Shown in pieces: positions 26,296 through 32,000 of a stretch of DNA of 32,000 bases. Source of the DNA: Candidatus Saccharimonadota bacterium. Its GTDB lineage: Bacteria > Patescibacteriota > Saccharimonadia > Saccharimonadales > Saccharimonadaceae. Under the pieces are notes generated by a model that saw only the letters and a program-made list of their open reading frames with translations, was not told the origin of the DNA and ran no database searches. Location of the stretch: contig CP006915.1 of NCBI GenBank assembly GCA_000503915.1, positions 300,001 through 332,000 on the forward strand, given 5' to 3'. The stretch's first letter is position 1, and every line of letters begins with the position of its first letter. The translations under genes and the position numbers were made by a program.

Positions 26296-26322
26296 AGCTC
26301 ATTCTTTATGAATGGGCTTGTT
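26296..26322 (+). terminator. Hairpin/terminator right after tRNA-Ser(GGA)
   Basis: 9-bp hairpin agctcattc-tttat-gaatgggct (one G-U pair), followed by tgtt. Confidence 0.5.
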
Positions 26323-26352
26323 CCTTCTATCGAGAGAAAGCAGGGTTCGAGC

Positions 26353-26454
26353 CAGGTTCGACAGTTGTCACAATCTTTTGATTTGATAACTGTTAGCGAG
26401 TGGTGGCGCTAGCATAGCGCTATCACTCAAGCGTTCATCCTGTTCTCTCCGCCA
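26353..26454 (+). repeat. Interrupted partial copy of the tRNA-Ser(GGA) 3' part
   Basis: caggttcg (26353-26360) equals tRNA 26260-26267. After a 76-nt insert, atcctgttctctccgcca (26437-26454) is 18/18 identical to tRNA 26269-26286. In addition, ggagagg (26287-26293) directly follows the tRNA CCA. Confidence 0.85.
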
Positions 26455-26531
26455 AGATAACAGAGTTGCTAACAGGAAAAAGTTGAGATCAAAAACAACA
26501 TTTTTGAAATGTACAGCTTTACAACTAGTTA

Positions 26532-26783
26532 TTAGCGACCAGCGCCACGATCGGGACTCTTATAGTCGCCACCCTTCCAAATTGCCCAGACTACAAATCC
26601 AACAATAAAACCGACTAGTAGCTGTAGCCAGTACGGAACATCTCTAAGGAAGCTATGGTCGCTCAAGCCATCGATAATGGATACGACGATGAGACCACCG
26701 ATTGTCACGAGAAAAATATATAATGCTGGCAACAGTATCCATCTACGGACAAAGTCGGCGGTTCTTAATAGCTCTTTTTTCAT
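26532..26783 (-). CDS. Hypothetical small membrane protein (two TM helices)
   Basis: 83-aa ORF with hydrophobic segments ILLPALYIFLVTIGGLIVVSII and WLQLLVGFIVGFVVWAIW. On the minus strand, TTGACT-17-TACTGT ends 8 nt before the ATG. Confidence 0.55.
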   Translation of the reverse strand: MKKELLRTADFVRRWILLPALYIFLVTIGGLIVVSIIDGLSDHSFLRDVPYWLQLLVGFIVGFVVWAIWKGGDYKSPDRGAGR

Positions 26784-26832
26784 TGACCATACAGTACTCC
26801 TCTTCTATAAAGTAGTCAAACGCTTATGTCTA

Positions 26833-26890
26833 TGCTATAATAAACGTAAGCAGCTAAACAGCTCCCCGACTGGGGGCTGTTTTTGTTTTT
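26833..26890 (+). ncRNA. Candidate mini transcription unit: extended -10 promoter followed within ~15 nt by an intrinsic terminator
   Basis: TGcTATAAT at 26833-26841. Hairpin at 26856-26882 (aaacagctcccc-gact-gggggctgttt, one bulge), then tttttgttttt. No + strand gene lies upstream for it to terminate. Confidence 0.35.
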
Positions 26891-26951
26891 CAAAACCTCA
26901 ACCAAGGTGGGGCTTGTTATGTTGCAAATTAACACAACAAGGAGCAAGAAA

Positions 26952-27050
26952 ATGAAAGAATGCAAGCAAAGGCTATTTATTACAAACTTCCTTACAATCT
27001 TACGTATTTTATTGATAATCCATGAGATTATTGAACCTATGTGTCACTGA
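26952..27050 (+). CDS. Candidate 32-aa hydrophobic small protein
   Basis: GGAG lies 7 nt upstream of the ATG. Sequence MKECKQRLFITNFLTILRILLIIHEIIEPMCH. It sits in an AT-rich stretch of the long nrdA upstream region and is below the size cut-off of the ORF track. Confidence 0.3.
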   Translation: MKECKQRLFITNFLTILRILLIIHEIIEPMCH

Positions 27051-27159
27051 AGCCAATATTTATAACCGCTACATATAGCGTTGTAAAAAAGCAACACTAC
27101 GCTACAAGAGGTAGTGTAAGCAAAAGCGCCATGTGGTGAAAAAAACGTTAGGAAAAGAC

Positions 27160-27214
27160 TTGCACTGGCTATATATAGGGTCTATAGTCGTATGCAGACC
27201 ACTACATATGTAGT
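27160..27214 (+). promoter_or_regulatory. Candidate nrdA promoter with two AT-rich palindromes (NrdR-box-like)
   Basis: TTGCAC (27160-27165), 17 nt, TATAGT (27183-27188). The palindrome CTATATATAG (27169-27178) lies in the spacer. The palindrome ACTACATATGTAGT (27201-27214) lies just downstream of the predicted transcription start. The first equals the core of the published NrdR-box consensus acaCwAtATaTwGtgt. Confidence 0.45.
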
Positions 27215-27367
27215 CGTTCAATAAAATACACAGTAATGCAAATCACACCTAGAGTGACCTGGCATCCGCTGGATGTGTGTTTTTGCGTTTTGCCCGATAA
27301 TGAGCAGGAGGTGTCTCATCGTCGATGGGTACTGTGGCAAACATAAAATAATCATATAGGGGAAATC

Positions 27368-29827
27368 ATGAACGGAATTCATGTGGTAAAGCGAGATGGC
27401 ACCCGCGAACCATTTGACGCCAACAAGATTAACCTGGCGCTGGTGAAAGCAAGTGAGGGCTTACCGGACCAGATATCTAAAGTAGTGCAGGTAGCGACCG
27501 AGCTCCAACTGACACTCTTTGATGGCATCACATCTGAGCAGCTTGACGAAGCAGTAATCCATACGGCACTGCAGAACGTCAAAGACGATCCAGACTTTGA
27601 CAAAGTCGCAGCGAGGCTGCTGCTCAAGAACATCTACAAGAACATCCTGGGTGATTTCGAAACCGACGCGCAACTAAAGAAACTTCACGCCAGCGCGTTT
27701 CCTAAATATATCAAGGACGCCGTTAAAAACGGTCTGCTAGACGAGCGCATGGGCGACGGCCGTTTCGACCTTAAGAGACTGGCAGCTGCACTCGAGCCTG
27801 CGCACGACGAACTCTTTAAATATATCGGTGTGGTAACCAATAAAAACCGCTACGCCCTGCGTAAAAACAGCGGCGCACCGATCGAAACACCACAGTTTAC
27901 CCACATGCGTATCGCTATGGGGCTTTCCTACAATGAAAAAGACCCGACCCAGGCAGCACTTGATTTCTACGAACACATGAGCCGACTCGAGTACGTCCCG
28001 GGCGGTTCGACTCGCGTGAACGCCGGTGGCGCTTTCCCGCAGCTTTCCAACTGCTTCCTGATGGAAGTACAAGACGACATGGAGTCGATCGCCAAGAGTA
28101 TTCGCGACACGATGTGGATCGCCAAAGGTACCGGTGGTATCGGCATTACCATGACCAAGCTTCGTGCGGCCGGCAGTCCGGTAAAGACGACCAACACTGA
28201 AAGTACCGGACCAATTCCATTTATGAAGATGATCGACACGGCACTCTTTGCCGTATCGCGAAAAGGCAAGAAAGCCGGCGCCGCGGCCATGTACATGGAG
28301 AACTGGCACCTCAACTTCCCGCAATTTCTCGACCTGCGTGTCAACTCTGGTGACCCATACCTCAGAACCCGTATCATGAACACGGCAGTTTATCTGAGCG
28401 ATGAATTCATGAACCGTGTCCAAAAAGGCCAAGACTGGTACTTGTTTGACCCGGCCGAAGTGGAAGACTTACCGGAACTCTACGGCGCTGATTTTAGTAA
28501 GCGTTACAACGAGTACGTCAAATTGGCGGAAAAAGGTGAGATTCGCGAATTTTCTAAAGTTCCCGCTCGCCAGCAGTTCAAGCAGATCTTGACGACGCTA
28601 CAGGCGACCGGACACCCGTGGCTGACGTGGAAGGACACTATCAACGTCCGTGCGCTCAACAACAACACCGGTACGATTCATTGTTCAAACCTCTGTACCG
28701 AGATTACTTTGCCGCAGGATGAAAAGAACGTGTCGGTCTGTAACCTGATTTCGATCAACTTGTCACGTCACCTGACGGAAGACAAGACGTGGGAATGGGA
28801 TAAGCTAGAAAAAAGTGTCCGCTCGGCTGTTCGCCAGCTCGACAACCTCTGTGACATTACCAACACGCCGATTCCAGAAGCGATGCATTCCAACCTGCAG
28901 AACCGTGCGATCGGCCTTGGCCTGATGGGCTTTACCGACGTAATCGAGAAATTGAGCCACAGCTACGAGTCTGAAGAGGCATATGACCTGATCGACCAGC
29001 TGGTGGAATTTATCAGCTACTACGCAATCGACGAATCAGCCGAGCTTGCCAAGCTTCGGGGCAGTTACCCACAATTTAAGGGCAGCGGCTGGAGCCAGGG
29101 CTTATTGCCGATTGACACTGTCGATGAACTCGGCAAGTCGCGTAAGCTCAAAGTGAACGTCAACAAAAAGACCCGTCTCGATTGGGAAGTCTTGCGTAAA
29201 AAAGCCACCAAGGGCATGCGCAACGCAACCTTGATGGCTATCGCACCGACCGCCAACATTGGCCTGATTGCTGGCACAACCCCTGGTCTTGACCCGCAGT
29301 TTGCGCAGATCTTCTCGCGTAGCACGCTGAGTGGTAAGTTCCTCGAAGTGAACCAAAATCTTGTTCGTGACTTAAAAGAGCTGGACCTTTGGGATCAAGT
29401 CAAAAACGAAGTGCTGGCTCGCCAAGGCGATATCCAGGATATCGAGGCAATCCCGCAGCACATCAAAGATGTCTACAAAACCAGTTTCCAGCTTAGTCCG
29501 TACGCTTTCATCGAAGTCGCGGCGCGCGCTCAGAAGTGGGTTGACCAAGCAATTTCTCGCAATATGTACCTTGAGACTCGCAACATCGATGACTACGTCG
29601 ATATTTACAGCGAAGCATGGAAGCGCGGCCTGAAGACTACCTACTACTGCCACGTCAAACCGCGTCACCAGGCTGAGCAAAGTACCACTCACGTCAACAA
29701 AACCGAAGAGCTAGCTAAAAAGAGCGGTGGCGCTCGTAAGTCAGGCTTCGGCTTCGCGAAAAAACAAACAACAGGGGTCCCCGAGAAACTTGTTTCACGG
29801 GGTATAGAAACGGAGGCAGGGGTATGA
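27368..29827 (+). CDS. nrdA: Ribonucleoside-diphosphate reductase alpha subunit (class I), one ATP-cone
   Basis: ATP-cone VVKRDGTREPFDANKI. Active-site motifs LSNCFL, CSNLCTEI and VCNLISINL. The TTYY pair lies near the C-terminus. AGGGGAAATC Shine-Dalgarno. No Cys occurs in the last ~58 aa of the annotated frame. Confidence 0.95.
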   Translation: MNGIHVVKRDGTREPFDANKINLALVKASEGLPDQISKVVQVATELQLTLFDGITSEQLDEAVIHTALQNVKDDPDFDKVAARLLLKNIYKNILGDFETDAQLKKLHASAFPKYIKDAVKNGLLDERMGDGRFDLKRLAAALEPAHDELFKYIGVVTNKNRYALRKNSGAPIETPQFTHMRIAMGLSYNEKDPTQAALDFYEHMSRLEYVPGGSTRVNAGGAFPQLSNCFLMEVQDDMESIAKSIRDTMWIAKGTGGIGITMTKLRAAGSPVKTTNTESTGPIPFMKMIDTALFAVSRKGKKAGAAAMYMENWHLNFPQFLDLRVNSGDPYLRTRIMNTAVYLSDEFMNRVQKGQDWYLFDPAEVEDLPELYGADFSKRYNEYVKLAEKGEIREFSKVPARQQFKQILTTLQATGHPWLTWKDTINVRALNNNTGTIHCSNLCTEITLPQDEKNVSVCNLISINLSRHLTEDKTWEWDKLEKSVRSAVRQLDNLCDITNTPIPEAMHSNLQNRAIGLGLMGFTDVIEKLSHSYESEEAYDLIDQLVEFISYYAIDESAELAKLRGSYPQFKGSGWSQGLLPIDTVDELGKSRKLKVNVNKKTRLDWEVLRKKATKGMRNATLMAIAPTANIGLIAGTTPGLDPQFAQIFSRSTLSGKFLEVNQNLVRDLKELDLWDQVKNEVLARQGDIQDIEAIPQHIKDVYKTSFQLSPYAFIEVAARAQKWVDQAISRNMYLETRNIDDYVDIYSEAWKRGLKTTYYCHVKPRHQAEQSTTHVNKTEELAKKSGGARKSGFGFAKKQTTGVPEKLVSRGIETEAGV

Positions 29828-29859
29828 ACCAGTGTATCTGCGGCTGTAGCTGCTGCTAA
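29824..29859 (+). CDS. Candidate 11-aa Cys-rich micro-ORF overlapping the nrdA stop (ATGA)
   Basis: atg aac cag tgt atc tgc ggc tgt agc tgc tgc taa translates to MNQCICGCSCC. Its ATG overlaps the nrdA TGA. The same (-1) frame is open back to 29740. Confidence 0.3.
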   Translation: MNQCICGCSCC

Positions 29860-29900
29860 AAACAAGAGCGAAAAAAAGTAACAAAATAGGGGAAACAACG

Positions 29901-30074
29901 ATGAACGCAAACGCAATCCTAACCGATGAGATGACACTGGAAGAAAAACTGGCCGCTATCGACCAAGCGATGGCCAATGCCCAGGCACAGGCCAACGAAG
30001 AGGCCGCAGCGAACGGCCAGATGGCCGCACCGCTAGACCCAGCAAGTCTAACGATCTGTGATGGGTGTGAGTGA
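29901..30074 (+). CDS. Candidate 57-aa protein ending in a CxxC motif
   Basis: AGGGGAAACAACG-ATG has the same Shine-Dalgarno type as nrdA. Sequence MNANAILTDEMTLEEKLAAIDQAMANAQAQANEEAAANGQMAAPLDPASLTICDGCE. It is below the ORF-track size cut-off. Confidence 0.45.
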   Translation: MNANAILTDEMTLEEKLAAIDQAMANAQAQANEEAAANGQMAAPLDPASLTICDGCE

Positions 30075-30175
30075 TGGGCGAGCAGCTATCGATTCGCGAA
30101 ATTGATGAACAACTGAAACAGTTCCTCGACGAACCGCTTGCAGAGATTGCACTTGCGGGAACCGTCGAACTGTAA
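30074..30175 (+). CDS. Candidate 33-aa acidic protein, translationally coupled (TGATG overlap)
   Basis: MGEQLSIREIDEQLKQFLDEPLAEIALAGTVEL. Its ATG overlaps the stop codon of the 57-aa ORF. Confidence 0.35.
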   Translation: MGEQLSIREIDEQLKQFLDEPLAEIALAGTVEL

Positions 30176-30205
30176 ACGGAAGAAAAGAGAAGCAAAGGAG
30201 GTGTA

Positions 30206-31267
30206 ATGTCAGGAATATTAGGTACCGGTATCCAGGACGGGCTGCTCTTAAAGCCGGTTCATTACCCGTGGGCAATGGAACTCTACGATCAGGCGGTCGC
30301 TAATACGTGGTTTCCAAATGAGATTCAGCTCGGTCAGGATCTTTCCGACTGGAAAAAGATGACCGATGAGGAGCGCCATGCACTGACCTACCTCATGAGC
30401 TACTTCAACCCGAACGAGCTGCTGGTCAATAAAGCTTTGGCCTTTGGCGTCTACCCTTACGTCAATGCTGCTGAGTGTCATCTCTATCTTGCGAAACAGA
30501 TGTGGGAAGAAGCCAATCACTGTATGAGCTTCGAGTACGTGCTCGAAACTTTCCCAATCGACCGCGACCAGGCCTACGCCGGCCATGTCGAAGTCGACAG
30601 CATGCGCATCAAGGAAGAGTTTGAGACAAAGTATATCAAGCGCATGACCGAAGACACGCTTGATATTACGACGACCGAGGGTAAAAAAGACTTTGTACGC
30701 AATCTCATCGCTTACAATATCATCCTTGAGGGTATCTGGTTCTACAGTGGCTTTATGGTGGCGCTTTCTTTCCGCCAGCGCAACCTGATGCGTAACTTCG
30801 GCAGCCTCATGGACTGGATTATTCGTGACGAGAGCCTCCACCTCAAGTTTGGCATCAACCTCATCCTGACTGTGCTGGAGGAAAACGAGGATCTACAGAC
30901 CGAGGAGTTTGCAAATGAAATCAAGCAAATGATCCTCGACGCTGTCGATATGGAAGAGCAGTACAACAAAGACCTACTGCCAAAGGGTATCCTCGGCCTG
31001 AACGCTGACTACGTCAACCAGTACGTCAAGTATCTGACTGACCGCCGTCTCGAAGAACTTGGCTTTGAACCACACTACAAGGTATCAAACCCCGCTAAGT
31101 GGATGGCCGCTGCCAACGACACGCTCGAGCTGGTCAACTTCTTTGAAAGTACCAACACCAGCTACGAAGTGAATGCAGGTAACAGCGCTTCAGCGATGAA
31201 GGGCGGCAAAAGCCCTAGCGCCGATCGCGGTGAAAATAACCCCGACGAGAGCATTCTCGATAAATAA
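30206..31267 (+). CDS. nrdB: Ribonucleotide reductase beta subunit, class Ic-type (R2c-like)
   Basis: Metal ligands read as E71, E102, H105, E175, E209, H212, with Phe109 at the radical-Tyr position. The spacing is identical to the Chlamydia trachomatis R2c pattern (E89, E120, H123, F127, E193, E227, H230). AAAGGAGGTG Shine-Dalgarno. Confidence 0.9.
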   Translation: MSGILGTGIQDGLLLKPVHYPWAMELYDQAVANTWFPNEIQLGQDLSDWKKMTDEERHALTYLMSYFNPNELLVNKALAFGVYPYVNAAECHLYLAKQMWEEANHCMSFEYVLETFPIDRDQAYAGHVEVDSMRIKEEFETKYIKRMTEDTLDITTTEGKKDFVRNLIAYNIILEGIWFYSGFMVALSFRQRNLMRNFGSLMDWIIRDESLHLKFGINLILTVLEENEDLQTEEFANEIKQMILDAVDMEEQYNKDLLPKGILGLNADYVNQYVKYLTDRRLEELGFEPHYKVSNPAKWMAAANDTLELVNFFESTNTSYEVNAGNSASAMKGGKSPSADRGENNPDESILDK

Positions 31268-31298
31268 ACGTCCATAAGTTTAACAAACTGGGTTACGA

Positions 31299-31334
31299 AC
31301 GGGTGTGGTGACACAAAAAGCCACATCCGTTTTG
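31299..31334 (+). terminator. Rho-independent terminator after nrdB
   Basis: 10-bp stem acgggtgtgg/ccacatccgt (one G-U pair), a 12-nt loop, then tttt. Confidence 0.7.
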
Positions 31335-31359
31335 CTCTCAGCAAATAGGAGACTACCAC

Positions 31360-31464
31360 GTGAACGTCAAAACAACCATTAAAGTATCTGCGCTCATCGC
31401 CGCACTGATCGTGATGTACCTTGGTGTGTTTATGATTGAAGCAGCTCGGTATCGGCTAGGCTAA
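31360..31464 (+). CDS. Candidate 34-aa single-TM small protein upstream of mntH
   Basis: GTG start with AGGAG 8 nt upstream. Sequence (M)NVKTTIKVSALIAALIVMYLGVFMIEAARYRLG. It ends 23 nt before the mntH ATG. Confidence 0.4.
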   Translation: MNVKTTIKVSALIAALIVMYLGVFMIEAARYRLG

Positions 31465-31487
31465 TCTGATGAAGAGAGAAGACAGGA

Positions 31488-32000
31488 ATGGTTCGTAAAG
31501 CCCGACGTGTATTGACACTACTTGGTCCCGCCTTCGTGGCGGCGGTGGCCTATGTTGATCCGGGCAATTTCGCGGCAAACTTCTCGGCAGGTGCCGAGTA
31601 CGGCTACGCACTTTTGTGGGTACTCGTCTTCGCCAACCTGATGGCCAGCCTGGTACAGTATCTTTCGGCCAAAGTCGGTCTGGTGACTGGCATGAGCTTA
31701 CCGGAAGTTATTGCTAAAAAACTTGGCCGTAAAAGCCGTATCGCCTATTGGTTACAGGCCGAAGCGGTCGCCATTTCGACCGACCTTGCCGAGGTGATCG
31801 GTGGGGCGATTGCGCTTAATATTCTCTTTGGTCTGCCACTACTTCTCGGCGCTGTTATCACTGGTCTGGTGTCGCTGCTGCTGCTCTTTATCTACACCAG
31901 GCGAGGGCAGCGGCTGTTTGAGCGGATTATCGTCGGACTACTACTGATCATTCCGCTCGGTTTTTTTGCCGGCCTTATCATCCAGCCGCCCGATGCGAGC
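31488..32000 (+). CDS. mntH: NRAMP-family divalent metal (Mn2+) transporter, 3'-partial (runs off right edge)
   Basis: MVRKARRVLTLLGPAFVAAVAYVDPGNFAAN contains the NRAMP DPGN motif, followed by consecutive TM segments. The frame is open to the window end. It is absent from the ORF track because no stop codon falls in the window. Confidence 0.85.
   Translation, partial: MVRKARRVLTLLGPAFVAAVAYVDPGNFAANFSAGAEYGYALLWVLVFANLMASLVQYLSAKVGLVTGMSLPEVIAKKLGRKSRIAYWLQAEAVAISTDLAEVIGGAIALNILFGLPLLLGAVITGLVSLLLLFIYTRRGQRLFERIIVGLLLIIPLGFFAGLIIQPPDAS

Noticed and set aside
25976-26302. N-terminal extension of the ABC ATPase ORF (track ORF 25184-26302, 372 aa).
   Set aside because: The extension runs antisense through tRNA-Ser(GGA) and its promoter region. 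The ABC domain begins at MKRPTVS (25975), which has a TATAAT ending 7 nt upstream.
27094-27117. Inverted repeat ACACTAC-N10-GTAGTGT considered as an NrdR box, because its half-sites resemble the consensus ends.
   Set aside because: The half-sites are separated by 10 nt instead of being contiguous in a 16-mer. It is more likely a simple hairpin.
29756-29767. A6 run (gcg aaa aaa caa) as a canonical -1 programmed frameshift heptamer linking NrdA to the Cys-rich frame.
   Set aside because: In the nrdA reading frame the run is phased AAA AAA, preceded by G. This is not the X XXY YYZ arrangement, and I could not identify a convincing downstream stimulatory structure. It is kept only as one possibility under the nrdA finding.

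Overview
Gene-dense bacterial window. Its content points to an ultrasmall CPR/Patescibacteria genome, most likely Saccharibacteria; this is inference, not proven. The supporting features are three paralogous TrbC/VirB2-type T4SS-pilin-like genes, FemAB-family and Mur-ligase wall genes, convergent genes with overlapping stop codons, and many -10 boxes placed 6-8 nt from start codons. Housekeeping content: hsp20, comF, valS, tsaD, two Mur-ligase paralogs, two FemAB-family genes, CIRCE-groES-groEL, a PGI/PMI-type isomerase, a MacB-type ABC pair, nrdA-nrdB, mntH (3'-partial), and five tRNAs (all four Ser isoacceptors TGA/GCT/CGA/GGA plus Arg-GCG). I saw no rRNA, CRISPR array, integrase or transposase. 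Most notable observations: (1) an 825-aa SF2 helicase is fused to a primary-sigma-like region 3-4 (RpoD C-terminus). It sits as a single-gene cassette with its own leaderless-type promoter, bracketed by 58-nt direct repeats that duplicate the 3' end of the neighbouring gene. (2) Three of the four tRNA-Ser genes are flanked by partial copies of themselves. The 3' copies are all interrupted at the same T-loop position. Two loci also carry promoter-proximal 5' copies, one as a ~127-nt tandem array. (3) The RNR locus has a class Ic-type NrdB (Phe at the radical-Tyr site, Glu as first metal ligand) next to mntH. Its NrdA ORF lacks the C-terminal redox cysteine pair, and Cys-rich or CxxC-ended micro-ORFs fill the nrdA-nrdB spacer. 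(4) A single-gene high-G+C island encodes a secreted Ig-like protein between femAB and groES. All coordinates and motifs were read by eye from the sequence. No database search was run.
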